64,000 nucleotides of DNA from positions 8,609 to 72,608 of IMG/VR virus record IMGVR_UViG_3300013102_000032; one strand, 5' to 3'. This DNA comes from a virus. This document shows, piece after piece, positions 28,612 through 38,513 of this stretch. Under the pieces are notes generated by a model, which was not told where the DNA came from, did no database searches, and saw only the letters and a list, made by a program, of their open reading frames with translations. How positions within the stretch are numbered: position 1 is the first letter of the stretch; the number at the start of each line of letters is the position of its first letter. Made by a program: the position numbers and the translations under genes.

Positions 28612-29169
28612 TTAAATCTTTTCTAACATTTTAACATCTAATGTCTTTGGATGTAGATGGGTTATATTTCTCTGTCTTTTGACCGCATATTTTACAGTTC
28701 CCCAAGTGCCTCCATCTTTACCTTCATCCCATACTGCTATAACAAGCTTAGCATTGTCAACCATCCATTTGTCTCTCACATGCATACACCAAGGGGTATA
28801 AGGCTCGTCTGAAACATAATATACTAAGTCTGCTTGTTTTATTACTTTATGATAAACCTCTATATCGTTTTTATTCCATCTAGAATATTGCTCTGCACAT
28901 GGAATGGCACAGACTAGCTTTATGTGAGGGTATTTTTCTTTTAACTTAAGTACAATCTGTGCAGACCAAATATCAACACCAATAGCCATGCCAGTTATAA
29001 ACGTATCAATTCCTCTTCTTTCGATCTTATCAATGATTGTCTCTTTTAACTTCATAAGCATCTTAACATTTTCTGGATGGCGATAATCATAACTAGGAAA
29101 TTTATCTGGTCTATGTCCAGTGAAGCACAGAGTTTTATCGAAATTCATATCATAAACTGTATGTAGCAT
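28612..29169 (-). CDS. SLOG-family (YspA/DUF1273-like) protein
   Basis: CFTGHRP, FITGMAIGVD, RDKWMVD, GGTWGTV.YA. Confidence 0.88.
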   Translation of the reverse strand: MLHTVYDMNFDKTLCFTGHRPDKFPSYDYRHPENVKMLMKLKETIIDKIERRGIDTFITGMAIGVDIWSAQIVLKLKEKYPHIKLVCAIPCAEQYSRWNKNDIEVYHKVIKQADLVYYVSDEPYTPWCMHVRDKWMVDNAKLVIAVWDEGKDGGTWGTVKYAVKRQRNITHLHPKTLDVKMLEKI

Positions 29170-29185
29170 ATTATTCCTCCTATAG

Positions 29186-29218
29186 AAAATGGTAGTTCAA
29201 TTATGAACTACCATTTTT
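29186..29218 (-). terminator. Terminator hairpin
   Basis: AAAATGGTAGTTCA-atta-TGAACTACCATTTT. Confidence 0.7.
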
Positions 29219-29223
29219 GTTGT

Positions 29224-29610
29224 TTATAATTTTTCCTTTACAATGACATTATCTTTAATGCTATATACTTGCATTCTGTCTCCGCCTAGATTGAATAATC
29301 CATTGTTATCACTCTGTAGCAAGGTTGGCTTTATTACTTTTGCAACTAGATCTTCTCCATCTTTCATTGATAGTATAGATTTATCTATCAGAATGTGAGT
29401 GGCGTAAAGAGCCTTTGCACCCTTTCCAATTGGATTAGAAGTAACTGTACTACCGTCTTTAAACGAAGTATAACCAATGGTATCTTGATTAATCTCTCTT
29501 CCTTCATCTAATAAATCATTGACTACTCTATTAAACATAACTTGTCTAGAGACTGTATTTTGTAAGCTTCCATTATCTAAATAAAATATAGACACTCTTT
29601 TTACGCTCAT
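29224..29610 (-). CDS. Hypothetical protein
   Basis: Start reassigned to MSVKRV after AAGGAG. Confidence 0.55.
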   Translation of the reverse strand: MSVKRVSIFYLDNGSLQNTVSRQVMFNRVVNDLLDEGREINQDTIGYTSFKDGSTVTSNPIGKGAKALYATHILIDKSILSMKDGEDLVAKVIKPTLLQSDNNGLFNLGGDRMQVYSIKDNVIVKEKL

Positions 29611-29623
29611 TCTTATCTCTCCT

Positions 29624-30928
29624 TTATTCATAATTAATATCTTCAATACCCTTGTCTGTACGTATTGATTTGAAAACAGGAAATCTCAATGAAGGTAATT
29701 CTGTCTTTTCGTCTTTACTTTCCTCGAAGAATTGGACTTCAATAATCTTGCCAACAATTTCGCTTGGATTTGCAATAAATTGTCTACGTTGCTCCAGTGT
29801 AAAGCCAGAGCCAACGCCCACGGAATTGCCTTTGTACTCAACATTTACACGACCTAGCAACCCTTTGAATTGTCCGTCAATAGCTTCTTCTATATCTAGT
29901 ACAAGTAAATCAGCAGTCTGCATAGTTTTTACTTTTTGCAAACCAACAATACGCTTATTCTCATAATATCCATTAGCAGTATTGACCATCAGACCTTCGT
30001 ATCCATCTTTCTCAACTTGCTCTAACAGTGTTGGAATTACGGATTTATCTGTTCCTACGTATAACACAGGGAGAATGCTGATATTTTTAGTTGATTGAAT
30101 AAATTTAGATATCATTGTATCTAAATTATATCTTCTCTCTTCGTAAGTCTTTTCTGATTTTCCATTTTGAAATTCTGAAATAGATAGATAGTCAAAGATA
30201 TGAAATTTCAAACCCTTTTTATCTCCATCTTTTCTTACGACTTTTTGCGTAGCTCTGAATAATTCATCAGATGGAAGGTTGTTTATATTGAATAATAGCA
30301 ACTCACCGTCATAAACACCATTTGGTAAATTGGCAAATTGCTCTTCTAACTCTACCATCCCCTCAACAGGCTGTCCTTTGCGACTGAAAAACTTAACAAC
30401 ACTATTGTCTACAATTGCAACACATCTGTTTCCATCTAGTTTGAGAGTAACGTAGAATTTTCCAGTAACTTTGTCAGATTTCTTAGCGAATGATTCAGCT
30501 AACATTACTGCAAAACTAGGGATAGTTCCTTTGCCATAAACTTTATTGACCGTCTTTTCTGAGATGCCTAGTTTTAAATCTTTTGTTACAAACTTCTTTA
30601 CAAATGTTTGCAGTTCTTCGCTTTCAAGACCTTCTATGTATCGCTGAATCAATGCTATATCTTCATCCCTACCAGTGTTACTTACAGAAAGATGTTCAAT
30701 AATATCGTCCAAACTTCGGATAGGATGATATTTTTCACTAATACCGCTAACATCTTTATTCATTTTCTTAGTTGAAATACCTGTGACTATGTATGGATTT
30801 AGCAAGAAGATAAGAGCTTCACGGAAATCCATGTCGCCCTTATTATTCTTAAGTATCTGTTCTTTTGCTAGTTTTCCGCTCTGATTCTCTAAGCTAGTCA
30901 TTATATTATATATATTATGTATATTCAT
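29624..30928 (-). CDS. ATP-dependent DNA ligase
   Basis: KLDGNR, YDGEL, FHIFD, EGLMV, KVK, VGSGFT, SLRFPVF. Confidence 0.95.
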   Translation of the reverse strand: MNIHNIYNIMTSLENQSGKLAKEQILKNNKGDMDFREALIFLLNPYIVTGISTKKMNKDVSGISEKYHPIRSLDDIIEHLSVSNTGRDEDIALIQRYIEGLESEELQTFVKKFVTKDLKLGISEKTVNKVYGKGTIPSFAVMLAESFAKKSDKVTGKFYVTLKLDGNRCVAIVDNSVVKFFSRKGQPVEGMVELEEQFANLPNGVYDGELLLFNINNLPSDELFRATQKVVRKDGDKKGLKFHIFDYLSISEFQNGKSEKTYEERRYNLDTMISKFIQSTKNISILPVLYVGTDKSVIPTLLEQVEKDGYEGLMVNTANGYYENKRIVGLQKVKTMQTADLLVLDIEEAIDGQFKGLLGRVNVEYKGNSVGVGSGFTLEQRRQFIANPSEIVGKIIEVQFFEESKDEKTELPSLRFPVFKSIRTDKGIEDINYE

Positions 30929-31518
30929 TATACCGAAGCTCCTTTTTTCGTTGGGCGAGTAATCAACTCATCTACTAAGCCTAATTCCAATGCTTCTTCT
31001 CCTGTAAAAAACCAATCTATCTTTCTATCTCTTAGTTCTAATAGCTTTCTTTTCTTAATATCTGTTTTATCAACTAGGAAATTATCTAACATTTCTTGAA
31101 GCCTAACACTCTCTTCAACGTGTTGAATTTCATCCATTAGCTTCCCATGATGCCCACTAGTTAATTGATGTTGCATAAACGTAGCCAATTTGTGTGCAAA
31201 TCTCTTATGACCTGCGGAGAAAATAGTTAAACCCATGCTCATAGCTTTGCCATAACAATATGTATGTATTGGAGTTTCGCTAGTCTCAATCATGCCTACT
31301 AGAGCCATTCCGCTATAGCAACTTCCACCAAAAGAATCTATAATTATTTTAATTGGTTGACGAATATATCCAACAGTAATTTTGCTTTGTTTGTCATCGT
31401 AGTCATTGAATTTACGAATACCTATAATCACATCTTTTATTGACTCTGCTGAAATTTCTTTATTTAATAGAAACTCTCTATCTGGAAGCATGTTTGGATT
31501 AATGTTGTTGTTTGTCAT
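30928..31518 (-). CDS. ClpP-like protease 2
   Basis: IDSFGGS, AMSMG (Ser), FMQHQ (His), IDWFF (Asp), EALELGLVD. Confidence 0.85.
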   Translation of the reverse strand: MTNNNINPNMLPDREFLLNKEISAESIKDVIIGIRKFNDYDDKQSKITVGYIRQPIKIIIDSFGGSCYSGMALVGMIETSETPIHTYCYGKAMSMGLTIFSAGHKRFAHKLATFMQHQLTSGHHGKLMDEIQHVEESVRLQEMLDNFLVDKTDIKKRKLLELRDRKIDWFFTGEEALELGLVDELITRPTKKGASV

Positions 31519-31538
31519 GATTAATCTCTCCTTTTTCT

Positions 31539-32537
31539 TTAGTGAGACAGAGTATCTGCCTCACGTAGAAATTCTAATTTATTGTAGAAATCTTCTCCTA
31601 CACGTTCTTTTAGCTTTTCTCTATTTGCATTGTCGTCTAATAGATACATATGGAATTGGATAAGTATAGATACATCTTCGATGAATCTATCTTCAAAGTT
31701 CATTTGCTTCAAGAAGTTTACGGCAATTTGAGATCCAACACACTCATGACCAATGAATTGTGCATGTCTCATTTCTTCGCCCTTTCGACTAATGAAAGTC
31801 TTGCAAAACTCCTTGCCGATATCATGTAGCAATGCAGTCCAAAGCATTAACTCTTTATCTTCGCCATCGTAGTTATCTAAAACATGTTTATAGACATAAT
31901 AAATATGTCGGCTCACCGATAAGGTGTGCCATTTTGAATCTTGAGACAAATCGTAGATTTTAAAGAAGTCTTCAAAGTAGGAGGCTAGAAACTTCATCAA
32001 ATCATATCCTTCTCTACCTAGTAAAACCGCTACTCGAATCGCATCTGTAAACTGTTTTGGCAAATCGGTTTCAATAATCTCGTCTGTGTATTCGAAGATG
32101 ATATTATCCCAACCCTCAGACTTAATTGGAATTTGCATAGTTTTATACATTCGCTCGATAACATCAACTGGCACTTTTCTATCTCGACCATCATTACGAA
32201 TAAGAATCTCTTCGTATGGAGTTGCAACGTAGATAGCAATCTTTTTTACTGACTTTGGAAGTTGCTTAAGCAATCCTTGTCTTTTCTTTCGTGAGATATT
32301 GGTAGCATCATAGATTACACTTCTACCATTCTTCAAAGATTCCTTAGTTCTAGTAGCCATAGTTGCAAATACTTCACCATTGATATCTTGTCTATTGACA
32401 TCTCCTGTTAGCTCTTCTCTAATTGCATCGGAAGAGATGTAGTCGATATCATCTCTCCCTTTCATTAGATCTTCTGCAACAGTAGATTTACCACTTCCTG
32501 CAATTCCTACTAGCATAATAAATTTTGATTCATTCAT
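31539..32537 (-). CDS. Polynucleotide kinase (AAA_33) fused to HD phosphohydrolase
   Basis: GIAGSGKST, ISSDAIR, YDATN; H...LLHDIGK...GHE...HM...AD. Confidence 0.88.
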   Translation of the reverse strand: MNESKFIMLVGIAGSGKSTVAEDLMKGRDDIDYISSDAIREELTGDVNRQDINGEVFATMATRTKESLKNGRSVIYDATNISRKKRQGLLKQLPKSVKKIAIYVATPYEEILIRNDGRDRKVPVDVIERMYKTMQIPIKSEGWDNIIFEYTDEIIETDLPKQFTDAIRVAVLLGREGYDLMKFLASYFEDFFKIYDLSQDSKWHTLSVSRHIYYVYKHVLDNYDGEDKELMLWTALLHDIGKEFCKTFISRKGEEMRHAQFIGHECVGSQIAVNFLKQMNFEDRFIEDVSILIQFHMYLLDDNANREKLKERVGEDFYNKLEFLREADTLSH

Positions 32538-32547
32538 GTTATCACTC

Positions 32548-33819
32548 CTATTCTGCAGATTCAGCTTCTTCCATATCTAAAACATCGTCAGATTTAATAA
32601 TTCCTTCTAGTACTTTGAAGTTGAAGTTCTTATGTTTCAAAGCTGTGAATTTTTCTTTTCCTTCGATTCGCACAATGATACCTTCACGTAAATGTGTTTT
32701 GCCAATAGGGTCAACACCATCTTCATACTTAGCAACTCGTTCTAATAAATCGTTATTTGTTGTATATGTGAATCTGTCTAACTCTGGTGTATATTTAACT
32801 CCCATTTGCTCACAACGAATTTTTACTAAATCTGTCGGATACTCTACAACATATCCATCTTCGTTAGTCATAGTCATTCGGTAAGCATAGATGTCACTTT
32901 GTCCAACCGCACAACCATATGTGAATCGAGTTTTATCGCCATATTGTTTAATAAACTCTTTATCTCTAGTTTTCTTATTATCACATTCTGGCATAATCAA
33001 ACCGCCATCTTCTGTATATCCTACTACTTCATAGAAAATAGTTTCGCCTTTTTTCAATTTTCCTTCAAACAAATCGTGCCACTGTTTACGAAATTGATTG
33101 CCACCATAAAATCCGCCATCAAAGCTCTCAAGATTTACTCTTCGAGTACCTGTGGCTAACTCCCACTTATTCTGTTTAGGTAACTTGATGCCAACTTTTT
33201 TCAACAAATCTCTTAATTTAGATGTCTCTTTTTTAATAGTATTAGTTGTACGCTGAGAAGTACCATGCATTTTTAAAGTAATTACACATTGGTCGCCTTC
33301 TTTAAATCTATTAGTATTGTAAGCTAGTTGTGCAGTATCAATGTGTTGCTCAAACAAAGGATACAAATTCTCTTTCTTTTTAGCATTACCCTTAGTGCTT
33401 ACAGTACCACCTTTAGCTTTGCCTTTAGGTACGTATTTCTCACAGATTAAGACACCGTTGATAGTAGAGATATTATCTCCTTCTTTTAACTTTGTAACAT
33501 CTGTAAATTTAGAAAGGCTATTTACTGATAAAAATAAACCATCAGATTTTTCTCCACGCAATTTAAGACTAGTAATATGACGCTTTTCTGGATCTAAATA
33601 TCCACCTTCATTACTTCCGCTAATACGTACTAAGTTGTTCTCTGTTGCAAATTCTACACTCAACTTTCCGTCAGTTGGGAAGTACACTCCTAAATCTCCA
33701 ACCTTAACATCTAATCCAACGATAACATCGTTCCCAAATAATGTAGCAACTTGTAATCGGTCTGCGTTAGAATGCTTTCTCAATTCTTTAACTGTTGTAA
33801 CATATCCACAATAACTCAT
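32548..33819 (-). CDS. RNA ligase (DRB0094/Rnl2-like)
   Basis: HSNADRLQ N-terminal OB, KLRGEKS, KMHGTS, FYEVVG, EGIIVR, ALKHK. Confidence 0.85.
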   Translation of the reverse strand: MSYCGYVTTVKELRKHSNADRLQVATLFGNDVIVGLDVKVGDLGVYFPTDGKLSVEFATENNLVRISGSNEGGYLDPEKRHITSLKLRGEKSDGLFLSVNSLSKFTDVTKLKEGDNISTINGVLICEKYVPKGKAKGGTVSTKGNAKKKENLYPLFEQHIDTAQLAYNTNRFKEGDQCVITLKMHGTSQRTTNTIKKETSKLRDLLKKVGIKLPKQNKWELATGTRRVNLESFDGGFYGGNQFRKQWHDLFEGKLKKGETIFYEVVGYTEDGGLIMPECDNKKTRDKEFIKQYGDKTRFTYGCAVGQSDIYAYRMTMTNEDGYVVEYPTDLVKIRCEQMGVKYTPELDRFTYTTNNDLLERVAKYEDGVDPIGKTHLREGIIVRIEGKEKFTALKHKNFNFKVLEGIIKSDDVLDMEEAESAE

Positions 33820-33861
33820 TCAACATCTCTCCCTTTTATATGTTTCTTCTCTACTTATATT

Positions 33862-33890
33862 ATTATATCATTATATGTTGCACTTGTCAA
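33862..33890 (-). promoter_or_regulatory. sigmaA-type promoter
   Basis: TTGACA-17-TATAAT with ATAATGA. Confidence 0.8.
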
Positions 33891-33901
33891 CAACTAATCT
33901 A

Positions 33902-34711
33902 TTATTTTATTAATTTTGATAAATCTAATCTTCCTTTAATCATTTCTTTAATCTCATCATTAGATAATTCTATACCTTTTTTTCTGTAATAAGAGATTAA
34001 TAACGCTATGCTACCTGCTACCAAAGGCGATGCCATACTTGTGCCATTCATAATAGCGTATTTACCATCTTTATACGTACTTAATACTTCTACAGATGGA
34101 GCTAGTACATCATATCCATAGTTAGAGAAATCCGCAACATTACCATCTAGGTCTAAGCCACCAACAGATATTACTTCATTCATAGAAGCAGGATATCTAG
34201 AAGGAGAATTTATGTCATTGCCAACCGCACAAACTATAGTAACACCTGCCTCATAAGCTTCTATTATTCTCTGTATTAATATCTGAGGGATATAATGTTG
34301 CACTCCTAGACTAATAGATAATACATCTGCTTTTAGATTAATCGCATGAGTGATGCCATCCATAACATTGCTAATACTACCATTTCCATCTTTGTCTAGC
34401 ACTTTTATAGCATGTAGTTTAGCCATCGGTGCAACACCTGTACGCTTGCCAACTAACAATCCTGCAACATGAGTTCCATGACCAAGCTCGTCAGATACGT
34501 CAAGGCTCTTTTCTATCATATTGAATCTACTAATAACTCTATCGCTAATGTCTTTGTGATTTACATCTACACCTGTATCCATTGTTACTATTGTAACGCC
34601 TTCGCCCTTTGTTTTACTATGAGCTTTACTAACATTTATAAAGTCTAATGCCCAACTATTTTGATCCTTTTTTAATCTGTCCAATACTTCAACCCTGTTT
34701 AAGTCTCTCAT
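33902..34711 (-). CDS. Subtilisin-like S8 serine protease (no signal peptide)
   Basis: DTGVD, HGTHVAG, GTSMASP catalytic triad. Confidence 0.93.
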   Translation of the reverse strand: MRDLNRVEVLDRLKKDQNSWALDFINVSKAHSKTKGEGVTIVTMDTGVDVNHKDISDRVISRFNMIEKSLDVSDELGHGTHVAGLLVGKRTGVAPMAKLHAIKVLDKDGNGSISNVMDGITHAINLKADVLSISLGVQHYIPQILIQRIIEAYEAGVTIVCAVGNDINSPSRYPASMNEVISVGGLDLDGNVADFSNYGYDVLAPSVEVLSTYKDGKYAIMNGTSMASPLVAGSIALLISYYRKKGIELSNDEIKEMIKGRLDLSKLIK

Positions 34712-34914
34712 TTAGTAGCTCTCTCTTCTTCTATTCTCTGTTTTGCCATGATTGTATCATGCTGATACTTTAGTACCTCTATTTCTTTTTTGCACTTAGG
34801 ACAATACATAACAAATAGTTCTTCTAGGTCATAACCTACTCCAGAATCTATGTCCTTCTTATGTGTGGTAAGAAGGACATATTTGTGCTTGCAAAAATAT
34901 CGTCTAAGTGTCAT
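34708..34914 (-). CDS. Small zinc-binding protein
   Basis: CKH...CPKC. Confidence 0.55.
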   Translation of the reverse strand: MTLRRYFCKHKYVLLTTHKKDIDSGVGYDLEELFVMYCPKCKKEIEVLKYQHDTIMAKQRIEEERATK

Positions 34915-34916
34915 AA

Positions 34917-35183
34917 TTATTCGTTCTCCTTAACTGTAACAGTTCCCTCAAACACTCCAAATACTGAATCCGCTTGGAATTTATATTCCTTTGGCTCATA
35001 TCCTTCTTCCATAGGCTCTGTAAGATACCATATGGTATCATCTTTCCAAGTTATATTGATAAGTTTTTCGCCTTGTGGCAATTCTACATCATAATCTCCA
35101 CCAAAGCTTTTAGCTCCTATTTGACTACATCCTGTTGCTAACAATGTTGATGCGATTAATAATGTTAATATAATTTTTTTCAT
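34917..35183 (-). CDS. Lipoprotein
   Basis: MKK-hydrophobic-ATGC lipobox. Confidence 0.75.
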   Translation of the reverse strand: MKKIILTLLIASTLLATGCSQIGAKSFGGDYDVELPQGEKLINITWKDDTIWYLTEPMEEGYEPKEYKFQADSVFGVFEGTVTVKENE

Positions 35184-35184
35184 A

Positions 35185-35808
35185 TTATAATTCCTCCTTG
35201 GTTTCTAGTTCCGATTTTAATGGTGCTAGTACTCTTAATTCAGATTTAAGACTGTTGTAGATTGGCTTAAACATTGGGTCTAAAACTTTCCAATCTGGCT
35301 TAGTGCTCATGATAACCCCTAATAACACATTGACAGAAGAGTAATTAACAATCCTGCCGTGTTTCGCAATTTGAATAGCGAAATCTAGAATGCGGAGTGA
35401 ATGGAATAAGCTCTTTAGACCAATATATACCTCTCCATCTCTAATCTTCTTTTTGCATTTGACATAACTATTAGAAGCCACTGCCGAAAACTTTCGTCTA
35501 AGCTTCTCTAAGTCAAGGTCAAAATGTATAAGATATCTATCATCTTCGCTCTGAAAAATACATTCTAAAATATGTACATCATGCTCTTTAATCATATCTA
35601 TAAATAAAGGCTCGCTATATACTGTGTAATCGGAGTCCTCATTTCTTACGTTGTAAGAAAACTTCTCTTCTGATTTAACAACTACTATATAATCTCTGTC
35701 GGAATTTATCGTTCTAGTACGATATACAGATGAGCCATATTCATACAGTCGAATAATTGGCTCTGTAATTCTTTCTTTTTCAATAAATGTGCCGTTGGCG
35801 TTATTCAT
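35185..35808 (-). CDS. Pol-beta superfamily nucleotidyltransferase
   Basis: YGSSVY...SDRDYIVV; helical C-terminus KSLFHSLR; start reassigned after GGAGTG. Confidence 0.75.
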   Translation of the reverse strand: MNNANGTFIEKERITEPIIRLYEYGSSVYRTRTINSDRDYIVVVKSEEKFSYNVRNEDSDYTVYSEPLFIDMIKEHDVHILECIFQSEDDRYLIHFDLDLEKLRRKFSAVASNSYVKCKKKIRDGEVYIGLKSLFHSLRILDFAIQIAKHGRIVNYSSVNVLLGVIMSTKPDWKVLDPMFKPIYNSLKSELRVLAPLKSELETKEEL

Positions 35809-35821
35809 GTTTATCACTCCC

Positions 35822-36484
35822 TTACATTCTCTCTGATAAGTAATCATAAGCTTTTTTAAGCTTTTTAAAGTTGGCTTCTAGACCGCCAACATCTGGATGA
35901 TGTATTTTAGAAAGCTTTCTATATGAAGACTTTAAATCACTAGCAGTAAATCCATCTTGAAGACTCATAAGCTTCATAGCATTAACTCTATTATTGTCTA
36001 CTGTTCTTTGTTGCGTATAGCTTTGTTGTCGTTGGTTCTGTTGTTGTTTTTGTTGTTGCCGTTGATTATTAATATGATCTCTCAATAGTCTTTCAAACAA
36101 CTCGTCCATCTCTCTTTGTTTACGCTCTTCATCCCATTTACGTAGTTGCTCTTCATACTCTCTCATTCTACGTTGTTCTGCTTTCTCATACTCGACATAT
36201 TCTTCTTCCTTTTTCTTTCTGTCTCTTGTAATCTTGCTATCTCTAAGATAGAATACATATGATGTATTTAGTAAAATGACAGGAATAAATAGAAATAAAT
36301 ATACAATAAGACTAGGAAACATTATTAATGATGAGATTAAATATGCAAACATAAATATAAATGGCGTTAAATTAATATAGAAAGCAGTGTTATCATCCAT
36401 AACATCTTCATATATCTTAGGACTTCTTCTTATTACGTTGTAGTAAAATCTGAAAAATGAAAAAATAGGTGATTCAAATTTCAT
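35822..36484 (-). CDS. Membrane-anchored J-domain protein
   Basis: Two TM segments, coiled coil, Q-rich linker, LKSSYRKLSKIHHPDVGG. Confidence 0.85.
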   Translation of the reverse strand: MKFESPIFSFFRFYYNVIRRSPKIYEDVMDDNTAFYINLTPFIFMFAYLISSLIMFPSLIVYLFLFIPVILLNTSYVFYLRDSKITRDRKKKEEEYVEYEKAEQRRMREYEEQLRKWDEERKQREMDELFERLLRDHINNQRQQQKQQQNQRQQSYTQQRTVDNNRVNAMKLMSLQDGFTASDLKSSYRKLSKIHHPDVGGLEANFKKLKKAYDYLSERM

Positions 36485-36499
36485 TTGCGTTCACTCCTT

Positions 36500-36667
36500 C
36501 TATTCGTGTTTTAGTAAGCTCTTTATATACCAATGTAACTCTAATTCGATATTTGCCATTCGAATATTACGCTCCAGTAATTGTTCTACAGATTCTTTAA
36601 TTGCTTCTTTTGCTTTGTTTAAGATTGCAATATCTTCTTCGTCTAAGATATGTTTTCCATCGATCAT
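36500..36667 (-). CDS. Small hypothetical protein (not in ORF track)
   Basis: 55 aa MIDGKHILDEED...; GAGGTG RBS. Confidence 0.55.
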   Translation of the reverse strand: MIDGKHILDEEDIAILNKAKEAIKESVEQLLERNIRMANIELELHWYIKSLLKHE

Positions 36668-36676
36668 AATTTCACC

Positions 36677-36934
36677 TCATTTAACACATCCGTAAATATT
36701 GGTCTTGCCTTGTTTATCTACGATTATATATTCTCCGTCAATCTTTTCACAATCATTTCTATTATCTTTATGCGACATTGATGACGCTATTACTAAAGCG
36801 AATACTACCGCAAAACCAAATGCTATAACTAATCCCACAGACATATAAGTATAGTCAACAGGTGTTTTATTCTTTTCTTTCCATTCTTTTAACTCACGTT
36901 TTTTTCTCTTTTGATATTCATATCCGTCTAGCAT
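36677..36934 (-). CDS. Single-TM protein
   Basis: Central hydrophobic segment; C...C ectodomain. Confidence 0.55.
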   Translation of the reverse strand: MLDGYEYQKRKKRELKEWKEKNKTPVDYTYMSVGLVIAFGFAVVFALVIASSMSHKDNRNDCEKIDGEYIIVDKQGKTNIYGCVK

Positions 36935-36969
36935 TTATGTTTCACCGCCATCCTATAATTTTCAACTGT

Positions 36970-36987
36970 ATAAAAGAGTCGTTTTAT
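36970..36987. repeat. Palindromic junction element ATAAAA-GAGTCG-TTTTAT(C)
   Basis: Intergenic, between gmk and accessory genes. Confidence 0.7.
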
Positions 36988-36992
36988 CAATT

Positions 36993-37030
36993 TTTAAGTA
37001 CCATATAATTCGAATTATATGGTACTTAAA
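36993..37030. repeat. Perfect 38-bp palindrome
   Basis: TTTAAGTACCATATAATTC|GAATTATATGGTACTTAAA. Confidence 0.85.
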
Positions 37031-37039
37031 GTGTTAATT

Positions 37040-37582
37040 TTAATATTGTTTCGCAATATTAATCAATATATCAACAGTTTTTCCACTTTTACCTCGTACA
37101 TTTTTTACAACATAATCAAACTCGCCCTTATTAGAAATTTCCTCATCATATGTAGAAATTCTTCTCAATGCTTTTTCTAAAGAGTCGCCACGCAACAACA
37201 TATTAGCCATGCAATCCTCTTTGCTCATATGTAGGAAGATCCCTACTGCATCTGGATACAATCTTTTAATCTGACTATAGCCATTGTATTCTGCAATAAT
37301 AAATACATGTGCAGATTTATCCATTACTCTAGCAATCTCTTCATGAGAGATAGCATACTTGTAACCGTCATACTCTACATATTCAGCAAACTTTCCGCCT
37401 TTTAGATTTTCATCAAACGTCTGGTCTTTAACAAAATAATAAGTCTTCCCATCGATTTCACCTTTTCTAATAGGTCTTGTAGTATGAGAAATACATTCAC
37501 TCCATACATTTAACTCTGACACTCTATGAGATAACGATGTCTTACCGCTTCCACTTGCACCAACTATAACAAATAATGACAT
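37040..37582 (-). CDS. gmk: Guanylate kinase
   Basis: GASGSGKT, SHTTRPIRKGEIDGKTYYFV. Confidence 0.9.
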   Translation of the reverse strand: MSLFVIVGASGSGKTSLSHRVSELNVWSECISHTTRPIRKGEIDGKTYYFVKDQTFDENLKGGKFAEYVEYDGYKYAISHEEIARVMDKSAHVFIIAEYNGYSQIKRLYPDAVGIFLHMSKEDCMANMLLRGDSLEKALRRISTYDEEISNKGEFDYVVKNVRGKSGKTVDILINIAKQY

Positions 37583-37594
37583 ATATATCTCTCC

Positions 37595-37816
37595 TTATTT
37601 ACGATTCTTCCTACGTGATGCTTTAGCTAATTTACGTCTTGCTTTTGTCTTTGCTTTAGTCTTATTACTTACTTTATTAATTCCATTGACATTCTTTAAT
37701 CCTTGTTTAAATAACGCCATCGTTTCATCAAATGTCATACCTTCTTCGTCAGCAATTCCTTGAATTATCTCTTCTAATGTTTGATTCTCTTTTGGCAATA
37801 CTTGTTCTTTTTCCAT
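37595..37816 (-). CDS. Hypothetical protein with basic C-terminal tail
   Basis: KARRKLAKASRRKNRK; promoter at 37844-37872. Confidence 0.6.
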   Translation of the reverse strand: MEKEQVLPKENQTLEEIIQGIADEEGMTFDETMALFKQGLKNVNGINKVSNKTKAKTKARRKLAKASRRKNRK

Positions 37817-37843
37817 TGTAACATCTCCCTCTCTTATACTACT

Positions 37844-37872
37844 ATTATATCATTATTTTTATCTTTTGTCAA
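37844..37872 (-). promoter_or_regulatory. sigmaA-type promoter
   Basis: TTGACA-17-TATAAT with AATAATGA. Confidence 0.8.
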
Positions 37873-37878
37873 GCGTTT

Positions 37879-38415
37879 TTAAAATGGTAAGTAATTCCAA
37901 TCGTAACTATTCTTAAATGTAGTTACCGTAGGCTTTCCTTCCCAATCTCCAGAAACATTTCTTTTTCCATACTTGACCATATTCTCTAATTGCTCCTTGT
38001 TTAATATTGCAAACTCTGGAGTATCTGTTTCCCATCCTAACACAATCAAGACATCTGCATTTTGTTCTATGTATGATTTGATAAGATTTAACTTCAACCT
38101 AAATTTCAATAGATTGTGCTTTATAATCTTAACCTCCATAGGCTTTCCATTTACAATAAAGTCGGCATCATCTTTAACCTGTGTAACCTCTATAAATTCT
38201 CCAGAGTTATCGACACCGTTATCAACAACGTCTAAATCTTTACCTGTTTTAGATTTATAAAACTTGGCATAACGATTTATAACTTCTCTTTCATTTGTAT
38301 GTCCTTGTTTTATATCTTCTTTAAACTGTTCATATGTACGACCAGATAGCCGTCTGTACTCAGCCTTATCTACACCTTCGTGATGCTCTATCAAATGTGC
38401 ATTTGTAACCCTCAT
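37879..38415 (-). CDS. Putative PD-(D/E)XK nuclease-fold protein
   Basis: G..NE...ADFIVNGKPMEVK motif. Confidence 0.55.
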   Translation of the reverse strand: MRVTNAHLIEHHEGVDKAEYRRLSGRTYEQFKEDIKQGHTNEREVINRYAKFYKSKTGKDLDVVDNGVDNSGEFIEVTQVKDDADFIVNGKPMEVKIIKHNLLKFRLKLNLIKSYIEQNADVLIVLGWETDTPEFAILNKEQLENMVKYGKRNVSGDWEGKPTVTTFKNSYDWNYLPF

Positions 38416-38442
38416 CCTATCACACTCCTTTTATATAAATCT

Positions 38443-38471
38443 ATTATATCATTATTCTTTATACTTGTCAA
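38443..38471 (-). promoter_or_regulatory. sigmaA-type promoter
   Basis: TTGACA-17-TATAAT with AATAATGA. Confidence 0.8.
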
Positions 38472-38513
38472 TAGAAAAAGAAGAGATAAATTAATATCTC
38501 TTCTTTAAATTAA

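Noticed and set aside
36000-36070. TTG/CAA-rich low-complexity tract
   Set aside because: Explained by the Gln-rich linker of the J-domain protein.
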